A DNA stretch of 64,000 nucleotides, from contig OX597815.1 of assembly GCA_951406725.2 (NCBI GenBank), positions 2,728,001 through 2,792,000 on the forward strand, given 5' to 3'. Both the position numbers and the translations under genes were made by a program. Below the pieces are notes generated by a model, which was given only the letters and a program-made list of their open reading frames with translations, did no database searches and had not been told where the DNA came from. This document shows positions 1 through 12,640 of the stretch, in pieces; the first letter of the stretch is position 1; each line of letters begins with the position of its first letter. This DNA comes from Octopus vulgaris. Taxonomy: Eukaryota.

Positions 1-73
1 TCAAACAGTCCAACCCATGCTAGCATGGAAAGCAGACGTTAAACGACGATGATGATGATGATGATGATGATAT

Positions 74-475
74 ATGTGGCTGTGTGGTAAGAAGCTCGCT
101 TCTCAACCCCATGGTTCCAGGTTCAGTCTCACAGAGTGGCACCATGGGTAAGTGTCTTCTACTATAGCCTCAAGCTGACCAAAGCCTCATGAGTGGATTT
201 GGTAGACAGAAACTGAAAGAAGTCTGTCGTATGTATATATATATGTGCGTGTGTGCATGTTGTGTGTACATGTTTGTATGTCTGCGTTTTTCCCCCCACC
301 ATCACTTCACCACTGATGTTGGTGTGTTTACATCCCATAACTTAGCGGTTTGGCAAAAAGACTGACAGAATAAGTACTTGGCTTACAAAGAATAAGTCCT
401 GGGGTCGATTTGTTTAACTAAAGACTGTGCTCCAGCATGACCACAGTCAAATAACTGAAACTAATAAAAGAATAA
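74..475 (+). mobile_element. tRNA-derived SINE family A
   Basis: Head TGGCTGTGTGGT (A box), GGTTCAGTC (B box), internal TA/TG tract, AAAGA tail. An inverted partial copy follows at 489-654. Confidence 0.85.
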
Positions 476-1983
476 ATATACACATACACATGATGGGCTT
501 CTTTCAGTTTCCGTCTTCCAAATCCACTTACAAGGCTTTGGTCGGCCTGAGGCTATTGTAGAAGACACTTGCCCAAGGTGTCACACAGTGGGACTGAACC
601 CGGAACCATGTGGTTGGTAAGCAAGCTACTTACCACACAGCCCCTCCTGCACCTTTGTCTACTCCTCTCTACACACATTTATATACACCTACCCACATGT
701 GTGTGTTTGCATGTTGAAATATATAACATTTGAATCATTATAGCCCTAGGCAAGCGTACACAGTGAACGCATGTGGCTTAGCATTTGCAGTATTTGGCTG
801 AGGAGCACAAAAATGTGCATTTAATTCCTGGCCTAGATCGTGTGTTGTGTGCTTGAGCAAGGCACTTCACTCCACATTACTCCAGCTAACTCAGCTGAAT
901 GACTGCTAGTGCAGCCCTTTCCTTCTCCACATCCTTAATTTTCCCTTGGGTCAAGGATGAGAGGACCATAAAGAGGATCCCTGTCTCCCCTCAAATACAT
1001 GGTCACTGAAACTAATAAGTGAAACACGGTAATGCTGCCAGGTCCTAATTGCTCGTGAGTGAGGGCTGACTGCATTCTAGATTCATAAATATGGGTGTGT
1101 GTGTGTGTGTGTGTTTACATGTGCATGTGTGTCTATGTATGCATATATGCGTGTGGTGTTCTCTAAAAGATTGGTATGTTGATGAGGCTACAAGGAAAGA
1201 GTAAAAATATGTAACATTTCGGGTAGTCCATGCAGTTAGCACACACACACACATACACACACACACGCACATACACACATACACGTACATACATACACGC
1301 ACACACACATACACGCACACACACACACACACCACAAAGTTGCTGCAAAGAAAAATTATTGACTGTTGAACTTCAGGTAAATATAATGATGATGATGAGG
1401 AGGAGGAGGAGGAAGTAATGAAGGGCAAAGAAAATTAAAGAGAGGGAAAGAAATAAAGTTAAATATCTCCCATTAAAGAGAAAAAAAAACTGTTACAATA
1501 TTGTAGACATGGGGAGGAAGGGGAGAAGTAGGAGAGAGAAAAGAAGCAAAGTTTATGAATATCATCATCGTCTTCATCATTTCATGTCCTTTTTTTTTCC
1601 ATGCCGTAATGGCTTGGATGGTTTGACAGGAACAGACAAGCCAGAGGGCGACACTGCATCACAATGTCTGCTTTGATGTGGATTCTACAGCTGGATGCCC
1701 TTCCAGGTGCCAACCACTCCACAGGGTGCTGTAGGTACTTTTTATTGTGGCACCAGCACTGGTGAGGATACCAAATACCTGTAAGGCAAAACTTCTTAAC
1801 TTAGCGGGGCATAATGTGGAAGGAGAGAGAGAGAGAGCCTTGAGGTCAAGGTTTAAGGTGAATGTGAGATAGAGAAATAGGAAAGAAGGAACAGAAAAGG
1901 TGGATGCGTAGGTAAGTGTGCTTGAGTGAGAATAAGATAGGGAATATACACACATATTTACACATGCATAGATATATACATAC

Positions 1984-2853
1984 ATCATCATCGTATAACG
2001 TCCGTTTTCCATGCTAGCATGGGTTGGACAGCTCAATTGGGGTCTGGGAAGCCAAGAGGCTGCACCAGGCTCCAGTCTGACCTGGCAGTGTTTCTACAGC
2101 TGGATGCCCTTCCTAATGCCAACCACTGTGAGTATAGTGGGTGCTTTTTACGTGCCAGGGGAGGCTGGCAATGGCCATGATCAGTTGGTGCTTTTTATGT
2201 GCCCCCGGCACGGAAGCCAGTGATGTGGCTGATGACAGTACTGCCTGATTGGCACCTGTGCCAGTGGAACATTAAGAGCACATCCAAACATGGGGTGTAA
2301 TCAGCCCACTCATGAGTACCCCTCATTCATTGGACAATAAACTTTGCTTGTGAAGACCTATTGAGGCAAGTGAAATCAAATCAAAATCGCTGACGTGGCC
2401 AATGACAGTACCGCCCGATTGGCACTCATGCCAGTGATATATTAAAAGCACATCTGAGCATGATCATTGCCAGGGCCATGGATTGGCTCCCGTGAAAAGC
2501 ACCATTTGAGCATGATCATTACCAGCGTTGCCTTACCGGTACATGTGCCGGTGGTATGTGAAAACCAACATTTGAGTGTGGTCATTGCCAGTGCCACCGG
2601 ACTGGCTCCTGTACAGGTAGCATGTAAAAACACCTTTTTGAGCGTGATCGTTGCCATTACCGCCTGCCTAGCCCTCATGCCAGTGGCACGTAAAAGCACC
2701 CACTACACTATCAGAGTGGTTGGCGTTAGGAAGAGCATCCTGCTGTAGAAACTTTGTCAGATCAGATTGAGCCTGGTGCAGCCTCTGGCTCACTAGTCCT
2801 CAGTCAAACTGGGAAGCATGGGAAGCAGACGTTAAACGATGATGATGATGATG
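1984..2853. mobile_element. Family C (RTE 3' UTR-like, (GAT)n tail): two fragments in opposite orientation
   Basis: Minus copy 1984-2220 and plus copy ~2220-2853 share GAAGGGCATCCAGCTGTAGAAAC...CAACCCATGCTAGCATGGAAA blocks. Further copies at about 1-70, 5188-5465, 8836-9330, 11420-11897, 12048-12315, 18168-18430, 19380-19720, 23715-24117, 25720-26195, 29026-29208, 46738-47140, 52190-52404, 54066-54360, 54915-55360 and 59905-60105. Confidence 0.85.
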
Positions 2854-2865
2854 AGTATGTATGTA

Positions 2866-3211
2866 TACAGTGGAACCTCAGTTAATGAGTTCAATTCATT
2901 CCTGAAGACCGTTTGTCATCTGAAGTGTTTGTAAACAGCAATTATTTTTGCCCTGAGAAATTCATGAGGCGGCACAGCAAATTGAAACAGGGATCTGCAT
3001 TGAGTAAAAAAAAGGGCAACAACTGATGCTCTCCCCACCACTGACACTCCCCATTTGGTCTCCAAACATGGTGGCCAGCTTTGCATATTCATTACTCAAG
3101 ACCACCGTCACCAAAGATGGTTTACGTTTGAGAAATTGTTCTTGAACTGATTTGTTTGTGATGATGAGAGGCATTCAAAAAAAAAAAAAAAAAAAACCAG
3201 GTTCTCCAGTA
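2866..3211. mobile_element. Possible Tigger/pogo-type MITE remnant
   Basis: Starts TA-CAGTGGAACCTCAGTT; degenerate counterpart AACCAGGTTCTCCAG-TA near 3195-3211. Confidence 0.35.
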
Positions 3212-4705
3212 CACACACACACGCAAAATTTTCAATTGATCATATTGATCCCCAGCACTGCTAATTTCAGTTCGCAACCACATGGTTTTAAGTTCAGTTC
3301 CACTGCACAGCATTGGTAGGCAAGTATCTTCTATGGTCCTGGTTTGACCAAAACACCATGTGAGTGAATTTGGCAGATGAAAACTGAAAGGAAGCCTTTC
3401 ATGTGTATGTATCTCCTTGTCTTGACAAAGGGCATCATCATCATCATCACTTTGTCAGTTTCCATGCTGGTATGGGTTGGGTGGTTTGACAGGAGCTGAT
3501 AAGATCGGGGTCTGCACAAGATCCATTGTCTGTTTTGGCAGGGTTTTTATAACAGGATGTCCTTCCTAACACCAGTCACTACCCAGAGAGTACTCGGTGC
3601 TTCTTATGGGGCACAAGCACCAACACTTTTAATGTGAAAGCAGCACAATTAAAATTGTAAACAAACCTCACCCTCATACAAGCAGTGTCGTTTGTTTGCA
3701 ATCTTCTGCGATTTGAACACTAAGGGAAATATAGTACGTGGCTTGGAAACAGGTAAGGATTACTGACATGAAGAGCATCTGGCTGTTGAAAATCTACCTC
3801 AACGAATTTTATAAGACCCACAGAAATATGAATGATTATTATCATTATTATCATCTTTATCATAATAATAAAAATTGTTTATAACATATGTTTGCAGTCA
3901 GAAATTTCGGTGGGGTGGGATGTGTGTGTGTGGGGGGGCATCAGTTATATCAGCTCCACTATTTCACCGGTACTTTACACATTCTTATACACCCACAACA
4001 CATATAGAGAAATTGAGTTGCTGAAAGAATAAGAATTTATAGATAAGAATTAGCAAAATTTGCATGTATGTGGATATGTATATGTGTGTGTATATATATG
4101 TGTGTGTGTGTGTGTGAGAGCATATGTGCATGTGTGTATATATATACATGTGTGTGTGTGTGCAGAGTGGAATGTATAAATATACACGTGTTTGAAGTCC
4201 TACACATGTGAGTGAATATTTTTGCTTGTGTATACATCTCTGTGAGCATGCCTGCAGGTGGGCCGGTATGTGTGTGTGTGTATAGAATATGTGTGTACGT
4301 GTGTACGGGGGGGGGGGGATATATTTAAGAACCGATTCTAAGTCAGCTGTACTACAGCCTTGTGTTCCATATCAGCTAAAATCTCTCCCCAGTGCTAACT
4401 GATGAATGGCTGGTGTCTCATTAACAAGTGTTCTGATTGGCTGCTTTCACAACATGGAACTCTGTTGATTGGCCAAGAGCTTGCTTGCAATTCTCCAGAA
4501 GCTAATAGCAGCTGAGCTAAGCAGAATTAATAGCAACCTCCATATTTCTTTTTTTTTTGTGTGTGCTTGTATTTACCTTTCTTCTCTTTTTTTCATAAAA
4601 CAAACAAAAGTTTTGACAGAGAATCTGCTTCAACAGATTAAATTAAGTCCAATGAGTTAATCCAACGATTTAATCCAGTGAATTAATGGTAAATATTTGC
4701 TCAAG

Positions 4706-4940
4706 AAGGCGGTGAGCTGGCAGAATCGTTAGCACGCCGGGCGAAATACATAGCCTTATTTCGTCTGCCGTTACATTCTGAGTTCAAATTCAGCTGAGGT
4801 CGACTTTGCCTTTCATCCTTACGGGGTCGATAAATTAAGTACCAGTTACGCACTAGTGTCGATGTAATCGACTTAGTCCATTTGTCTGTCCTTGTTTGTC
4901 CCCTCTGTGTTTAGCCCCTTGTGGGTAGTAAAGAAATAGA
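4706..4940 (+). mobile_element. SINE family B (AAGGCGGCGAGCTGGCAGAA head)
   Basis: GAGTTCAAATTC B-box-like motif and GCCTTTCATCCTT..GGGGTCGAT block; 15-bp TSD TAAATATTTGCTCAA (4690-4704, 4941-4955). Confidence 0.9.
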
Positions 4941-5647
4941 TAAATATTTGCTCAATCAGGCGTGATCAATCAGGCATAGTTATGAGGTTAGCACGTTTAG
5001 TTTCACAACCAAGGGGTTCTAGTTTCAATCCTACTGTGTGACACCATGGGCAAGTGTCTTCTACATTATTCCACTCATTCAACACCTGACATAAAACCAC
5101 CTTCGCCCCTGCCTCTCAGATGCACTCATACTACTAAGTTGAGGAGGGGAGGACTTCTTCTTTGTCTAGGGACCTCACTGGTGTTAATCATCATCATCAT
5201 CATCATCGTTTAACGTCTGCTTTCCATGCTAGCATGGGTTGGACGATTTTGACTGAGGGCTGGCGAACCACATGGTTGTACCAGGCTCTCATCTTGATCT
5301 GGCAGAGTTTCTACAGCTGGATGCCCTTCCTAATGCCAACCACTCCAAGAGTGTAGTGGGTGCTTTTACGTGCTGCCGGCACGGGGGCCAGTCAGGCGGT
5401 ACTGGCAATGGCCTTGCTCGGATCTTTTTACACATGCCACCGGCACAGGTGCCAGTAAGGCGACGCTTAATGTCCTCTAAAAAGCATCCAGGACTCCATG
5501 TAAAGTGGGTGACATTAAGAATGACATGGTTATTACAGCTGAATGTCTAAGCTGATATTGGTGCTCAATGCATTTTTGCAGCTTTTGGGGCCCTATTAAA
5601 CTGTCTGACCAATGCCAGTAAGGAACATGCACATTGAACGACAATGA

Positions 5648-5882
5648 AACAGGCAGCGAGCTGACAGAAACGTTGGCACGGCGGGCAAAATGCCTAGTGG
5701 CATTTCGACTTCCACTACGCTCTGAGTTCAAATTCCACCGAGGTCGACTCTGCCTTTCATCCTTTCGGGGTCAATTAAATAAGTACCAGTTACGCACTGG
5801 AGTCGATATAATCAGCTTAATCCGTTTATCTGTCCTTGTTTGTTCCCTCTGTGTGCAGCCCCTTGTGGGCAATAAAGAAATA
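5648..5882 (+). mobile_element. SINE family B
   Basis: Same blocks as the 4706 copy. Confidence 0.85.
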
Positions 5883-5903
5883 AGGAATCTGTCTCATATA
5901 CAC

Positions 5904-6137
5904 CAGTGGTTCCCAAAGTGGGCACTACCACCCCCACCCCCTGGGAGCGGTGGAAACAAACAAAATAAAAGGTTAATTAGGTCAAGTTTTAATTTGTGTA
6001 ATACTATCGTTTTGAATTTGCTGCAGAAAATGGTTTATGTCTCTGATGGTGAATGGTGGAGGGGGACACTAGGAATGTGGCCTCAGAACCAAGGGGGGCA
6101 GCAGCAGCAGCAGTCTGAAAAAGTTTGGGAACCACTG
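5904..6137. mobile_element. hAT-type MITE
   Basis: 14-bp TIR CAGTGGTTCCCAAA / TTTGGGAACCACTG; 8-bp TSD ATATACAC / ACATACAC (7 of 8 match). Confidence 0.8.
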
Positions 6138-6208
6138 ACATACACAGGGTGGCTCAAAAGTTACTTGACCATTTTAAAATGGAACTTTTTTAACAATCAA
6201 TTTTTTCA

Positions 6209-6344
6209 TTATTTACATTTAATGGATATTCGTCCTCATCTTGTTTGTTGTTAACACGTTTCGGCTGATATACCCTCCAGCCTTCATCAGGTATCTTGGG
6301 AAAATTTCGAACTTAGGTTCTCATTCCTAAGGCATTTTTTAATG

Positions 6345-6382
<38 letters not shown>

Positions 6383-6563
6383 TTCTATATTTAAGAGATG
6401 AGGAATTATTTACATTATTTACATTTGATGGATATTTGTCCTCATCTTGTTTGTTGTTAACATAACGTTTCAGCTGATATACCCTCCAGCCTTCATCAGG
6501 TGTCTTGGGGGAAATTTCAAACTTGGGTTCTCATTCCTAAAGTATTTTTCGATGTTGTTGTTG

Positions 6564-6604
<41 letters not shown>

Positions 6605-6785
6605 TTCTATATTTAAGAGATGAGGAATTATTTACATTATTTACATTTGATGGATATTTGTCCTCATCTTGTTTGTTGTTAACATAACGTTTCAGCTGAT
6701 ATACCCTCCAGCCTTCATCAGGTGTCTTGGGGGAAATTTCAAACTTGGGTTCTCATTCCTAAAGTATTTTTCGATGTTGTTGTTG

Positions 6786-6829
<44 letters not shown>

Positions 6830-7006
6830 TTCTATATTTAAGAGATGAGGAATTATTTACATTATTTACATTTGATGGATATTCGTCCTCATCTTGTTTG
6901 TTGTTAACACGTTTCGGCTGATATACCCTCCAGCCTTCATCAGGTGTCTTGGGGAAATTTCAAACTTGGGTTCTCATTCCTAAAGTATTTTTCGATGTTG
7001 TTGTTG

Positions 7007-7044
<38 letters not shown>

Positions 7045-7222
7045 TTCTATATTTAAGAGATGAGGAATTATTTACATTATTTACATTTGATGGATATTCG
7101 TCCTCATCTTGTTTGTTGTTAACACGTTTCGGCTGATATACCCTCCAGCCTTCATCAGGTGTCTTGGGGGAAATTTCAAACTTGGGTTCTCATTCCTAAA
7201 GTATTTTTCGATGTTGTTGTTG

Positions 7223-7263
<41 letters not shown>

Positions 7264-7441
7264 TTCTATATTTAAGAGATGAGGAATTATTTACATTATT
7301 TACATTTGATGGATATTCGTCCTCATCTTGTTTGTTGTTAACACGTTTCGGCTGATATACCCTCCAGCCTTCATCAGGTGTCTTGGGGGAAATTTCAAAC
7401 TTGGGTTCTCATTCCTAAGGTATTTTTCGATGTTGTTGTTG

Positions 7442-7479
<38 letters not shown>

Positions 7480-7656
7480 TTCTATATTTAAGAGATGAGG
7501 AATTATTTACATTATTTACATTTGATGGATATTCGTCCTCATCTTGTTTGTTGTTAACACGTTTCGGCTGATATACCCTCCAGCCTTCATCAGGTGTCTT
7601 GGGGAAATTTCAAACTTGGGTTCTCATTCCTAAAGTATTTTTCGATGTTGTTGTTG

Positions 7657-7694
<38 letters not shown>

Positions 7695-7872
7695 TTCTAT
7701 ATTTAAGAGATGAGGAATTATTTACATTATTTACATTTGATGGATATTCGTCCTCATCTTGTTTGTTGTTAACACGTTTCGGCTGATATACCCTCCAGCC
7801 TTCATCAGGTGTCTTGGGGGAAATTTCAAACTTGGGTTCTCATTCCTAAAGTATTTTTCGATGTTGTTGTTG

Positions 7873-7907
<35 letters not shown>

Positions 7908-8112
7908 TTCTATATTTAAGAGATGAGGAATTATTTACATTATTTACATTTGATGGATATTCGTCCTCATCTTGTTTGTTGTTAACACGTTTCGGCTGAT
8001 ATACCTTCCAGCCTTCATTAGGTGTCTTGTTCCTAAGGTAAACATCAAAAAATACCTTATCTGTCAAATGTAAATAATGTAGATAATCCCTCATCTCTTG
8101 AATATAGAACTG
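6209..8112 (-). repeat. Tandem array of 9 ~216-bp units, each with a hammerhead-ribozyme motif and a (GTT)n(ATT)n tract; retrozyme/Penelope pLTR-like
   Basis: TCATCAG (minus-strand CTGATGA) at 6284, 6493, 6715, 6937, 7152, 7371, 7587, 7802 and variant TCATTAG at 8015; spacing 209-222 bp. Inverted partial unit at ~8041-8112. Flanking direct repeat ATCAATTTTTTCA at 6196-6208 and 8117-8129. Confidence 0.9.
6905..6950 (-). ncRNA. Minimal type I hammerhead ribozyme motif (representative array unit; cleavage triplet deleted in this copy)
   Basis: Minus strand reads GACAC-CUGAUGA-A-GGCUG-GAGGGUAUAU-CAGCC-GAAA-C-GUGUU: core boxes, 5-bp stem II and stem I (GACAC/GUGUU) present. Units 2-3 retain GAAA-CG-UU. 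Confidence 0.75.
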
Positions 8113-9887
8113 TCTTATCAATTTTTTCAATTGTCAACAACAAAAAGGTAGTCATTTGAAGGATGTAGTTTTCAGAATTAATTGGAAAGGTTTTCCAAGA
8201 AGTTCTTTTGTTTACAATAGAGTAAAAGTGAAATTTTAATAAATAAAAGGGTTATTATATTCTGAAATGATCTAGAAACTTTTGGGCCACCCTTTTACAT
8301 GCTTGGTGTGGGCCTCCAACCCTTGATGGATAAATAAGAGTGGTGCAGCACATCTTGGGTATTTTAGATATAGCAAGGGTATCCTATACCCTTGCCAGGT
8401 TTGATCATTGTTAATTTCTGAGAGGGTGAAAAACAGTGGGGATGGATGGGGAAAGAAAGAGAAGGGGAAAGAGAGAGAGAGAAGGAAAGAGATGGACGTA
8501 GAAGAGCTGACCTCAGAACAAGGCCGGTACCTCGACTTTCATTCTTTCATGGTCAGTAAGGTTACCTTGACAGTATTTGAACTCAGAGTGAAGAGAACCA
8601 GAATTACCATTGGTTTCGAATTTTGGTACAAGGCCAGCAATTTCAGGGGTGGGGCAGTAAGTCAATCACATCGACCCTTAGTGCTCAACAGGTGCTTGTT
8701 TTATTGACCCCGAAAGGATGAAAAGCAAAAATCCAGATGAAACACCACAAAACATCTTCCCCAGTGTGTTAACAATTCTGCCAGCAATGGAAGGCAATCC
8801 AGCCATTGTTCATAAGTACTTCACCACTCACAATTCATCATCATCATCATCATTTAATGTCTGCTTTCCATGATAGCATGGGTTGGACGGTATAACTGAG
8901 GTCTGGAGAGCCAGGAGGCTGCACCAGGCTCCAATCTTGATCTGGCAATGTTTCTACAGCTGGATGTCCTTCCTAACACCAACCACTCTGAGCGTGTAGT
9001 GGGTGCTTTTTATGTGCCACCAGCACGGGGGCCAGTCAGGTGGTACTGGCAATGACCTTACTCAAATCTTTTTACACATGCCACCAGCACAGGTGCCAGT
9101 AAGGCGACGTTGGTAACTATCACGCTCAAATGGTGCCCTTTTATGTGCCACCGGCATAGAAGCCAGTTGGCTGCTCTGGCAATGATCACACTCGGATGGT
9201 GCCCTTGGCACCCTACTAGCACGGGCACAAGTACCAGTAAGGCGATGCTAGTAACGATGACACTCGAACGGTGCCTTTTATGTGCCAATGGCACGGAAGC
9301 CGGTTAGGCGCTCTGTCAACGATCACACTCCTAATTGAATGTAATTAAAGGAAGATTTGGCTGCTATTTCTAACAGGTTAAAGGATCACATGGAAGCTAC
9401 CATATTCGCTCATTCTCCATTTGGTATTAATGTAAGGTATTTAACCCTGTTCACTCCTTGTAATTAGTCATCGGAAGAGGGAATGGAAGTCTTGAACACT
9501 CCTTAATAAGTTTCTGGAGTTGCCACAAGAACACCAAACACAGGCCACTGCAATAACACAGGCAATGGTTTGTGTTATTGGAATGGATTTAGCTCAGCGC
9601 TTTACCAGCCTCATTAACACCTTACTCTCAGTAATAATTAGTCATAATAGTTATAATTAACTTTTAGTAATAAAAATAATAAAGAGGCCTTCACTTGCTA
9701 CAACAACACTAAACATACACTGTTACATGACACTCCTACAAACTGATCTTTGTGACAAAAACACTCACAAACACACCCCATACACACACACATGTATAAT
9801 GTATGTGTTTCCTAAACAAACGCATAAAGTTGAGAAACCTAAAACTGATGCAATGACTCATCATCTTTGAATGAATAAATAAATGCC

Positions 9888-9942
<55 letters not shown>

Positions 9943-10296
9943 GTATATATCTTTATCTAAATATATCTAAACTTTACTCAACAATCTATACCTTTATATA
10001 AATATTACTGTTTGATGGCATAAAAGACACATGGGCATATTAGACGCACCCTAATTTCAGCAGCACATGTTCAGGGAAATGTAAATGTATCTTATATGCT
10101 ATTAAAAACTTCATTAGCTTACAGCTGTTTCTGCTATAAGAAGCAGAGCACTCAGAGCCAAGTGCTTCCTTGGACCCACTGTGTATGTGTGTAAAAACAT
10201 GTGCATATTCTGCATTAATTAAGAAATACCAACGAGTAAAAATTTTGTAAATAAAATTATAAGCTTTCATTGTATATATATGTATATATGTGTATA

Positions 10297-10960
10297 TCAT
10301 CATCATCATCATCATCGTTTAATGTCCGTTTTCCGTGCTAGCACGGGTTGGATGGTTCGACCGGGGTCTGGGAAGCCAGGAGGCTGCACCAGGCTCCAGT
10401 CTGATCAGGCAGTGTTTCTACAACTGGATGCCCTTCCTAACGCCAACCACTCTGCGATTGTAGTGGATGCTTTTTATGTGCCACCGGCACAGGTGCCAGG
10501 GGAGTCTGGCAGCGGCCATGATCAGTTGGTGCATTTAACGTGCCACTGGCACAGAAGCCTGTCAAGGCGGCGCTGGCATCGGCCACATTCGGATGGTGCT
10601 TTTTATGTGCCACCGGCACAGTTATCACAACTACTATTTCCATTGATATTTATTTCAATGTTCATGTACTTGACTCAAAAGGTCTCCTCAAGCACAGCGG
10701 GATGTTCTGAAATCCAAGGTACTTTGAATGGGCAGGGGCTAAGCGGAACTGGTGCAGGAAGCAGCCCGGGTCTTTGCAGTCACAGCATATCTCCAGAGAT
10801 CTCGGTCCTTCGCCATTGCCTCAGTGAGGCCCAACGCTCTGAGGTCATGCTTGACTACCTCATCCCATGTCTTCCTGGGTCTACCTCTCCCCCTGATACC
10901 ATCAACTGTTTGGTAGCGGCACTTCTTCACACATCTCTCCTCATCCATCCGCAGTACATG
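10297..10960 (-). mobile_element. RTE-type LINE 3' end: ORF terminus plus 3' UTR with (GAT)n tail
   Basis: ORF 10739..11011 contains HVLRMDEERCVKKC...GRGRPRKTWDEVVKHDLRALGLTEAMAKDRDLWR and runs into the abundant (CAT)n-ended repeat. Confidence 0.85.
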
Positions 10961-11048
10961 ACTATAGTTGAAAATTATAGAAAAATGATGAAACAGGTGT
11001 AGGAACAACAAGCATGTGTATTAGTTTGATGTTGGGAAGAATGAAAAT

Positions 11049-11086
11049 GTCTTTCACGATTTGAGCCTATGCTCTTCAACAGAAAG
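11049..11086 (-). ncRNA. Degenerate hammerhead-like motif in a third repeat (~10965-11100)
   Basis: Minus strand CUUU-CUGUUGA-A-GAGC-AUAG-GCUC-AAAU-CG-UG-AAAG: same layout, with the GAAA box mutated. Confidence 0.4.
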
Positions 11087-12404
11087 GAATAAGAGAATAT
11101 ATATCTGGCAATTTCAGTGTGGAAGCCATAAGGTAGCCATTCAGAAACACACAAAAACTGTCAGCTACACTTAAACATTTATTTGTAAAAATGGTGTCAT
11201 CATTTTTTGAAAAGTTCATCAACAGCAGAACTTTTGTGTCAGTGACCAGGTTGCAGTTTTGTGTGAGGAGAATTTTGACACCACGTTACAAATGGTTTCA
11301 GTAAAGGGAATGGATGTTGTGTGATTCTGAATAAGGATAACTTGAGGCTTCCACACTGTAATCGCTTTAGTTTCAGCACACAATCTCAAAGTGTGTGTGT
11401 GTGTTTGAATTTTGAATCTCACAGAGGCAATGGCTAGTGACTAAGACATGCTTGAGAAGACCCATGAAGCCAAGTGAAATCATAGTTGTGGCTGATGCTG
11501 GTGTCACGTAACTGGCACCCGTGCTGGTGGCACATAAAGAGCACCTTTCGAGCGTTGGGCCTCACGGAGGCAAAGTGACTGAGCTCTTTTCAAGTGTTGG
11601 GCCTCATGGAGGCAATGACCAAGACCTTTGGCATTAGGTCGTGCTTGAGAAGAAAAGACCCATCAAGCCAAGTAAAATCACAGTCGTGGCAGATGCTGGT
11701 GTCACACAAATGGCACCTGTGTCAGCGGTACATAAAAGCACCCATTACACTCTTGAAGTGGTTGGCATTAGGAAAGGCATCCAGCCATAGAAACCATGCC
11801 AAATCAGACTGGAGTCTGGTGTAGCCTTCCAGTGTGCCAGCCTAGGTCAAACCATCCAACATGGACAATGGACGTTAAATGATGATGATGATGATGATAT
11901 ATAAATATAAATGATTCATTATAGGATTCAGCTGTATTTTTGGCACATCAACATGTAGGATGCCAGAAATGGCTAGGAACAAGAACAAAAGGTTCAATTA
12001 GGTAAAACAACTTTGAAAGTACCATGTGTTGGTAGAATACTGTAGATATCATCATCATCATTGTTGCTTAACGTCTGCTTTCCATGCTGGCATGGGTTGG
12101 ACAGTTTGACCGAGGACTGGTGAGCCAGTGAGCAGCCCTGGCAACCATCACGCTCAGATGATGCTTTTAACATTCCACTGGCACCAGTGCCCATCAGGTG
12201 GTACTGTCATCGGCCACGTCAGCAATTTTGATTTCACTTTCCTCAACAGGTCTTTGCAAGCAAAGTTTATTGTCCAATGAATGAAGGGTACTCATAAGTG
12301 GGCTGGTTATACACCATTCAAATCCAATTTCAACTGTAGATCCAACTCGGGGCTGGTTCTAGGTGTGGTGTAGGTCACATACAACTGGCAAGATATTACA
12401 TCTA

Positions 12405-12640
12405 AAGGCGGTGAGCTAGCAGAAACGTTAGCACGCCGGGAGAAATGCCTAGCGGTATTTTGTCTGCTGCTACATTCTGAGTTCAAATTCCACCGAGGTC
12501 AACTTTGCCTTTCATCCTTTCAGGGTCGATTAAATAAGTACCAGTTACGCATTGGGGTCGATATAATCGACTTAATCCATATGTCTGTCCTTGTTTGTCC
12601 CCTCTGTGTTTAGCCCCTTGTGGGTAGTAAAGAAATAGAT
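12405..12640 (+). mobile_element. SINE family B (a second, 5'-truncated copy lies at ~12835-13025)
   Basis: Flanked by direct repeat AGATATTACATCTAAAGG; the second copy is flanked by GGTATT(A/G)TCAACAGATA. Confidence 0.9.

Larger units (their letters stand above)
6145..8293. mobile_element. Tc1/mariner-type MITE split by the hammerhead array
   Basis: TIR AGGGTGGCTCAAAAGTT (~6146-6162) versus AACTTTTGGGCCACCCT (~8277-8293), 16 of 17 match. Confidence 0.7.

Noticed and set aside
6209-8112. CRISPR-like array
   Set aside because: Units repeat in full with no unique spacers, there are no cas genes, and the context is eukaryotic.
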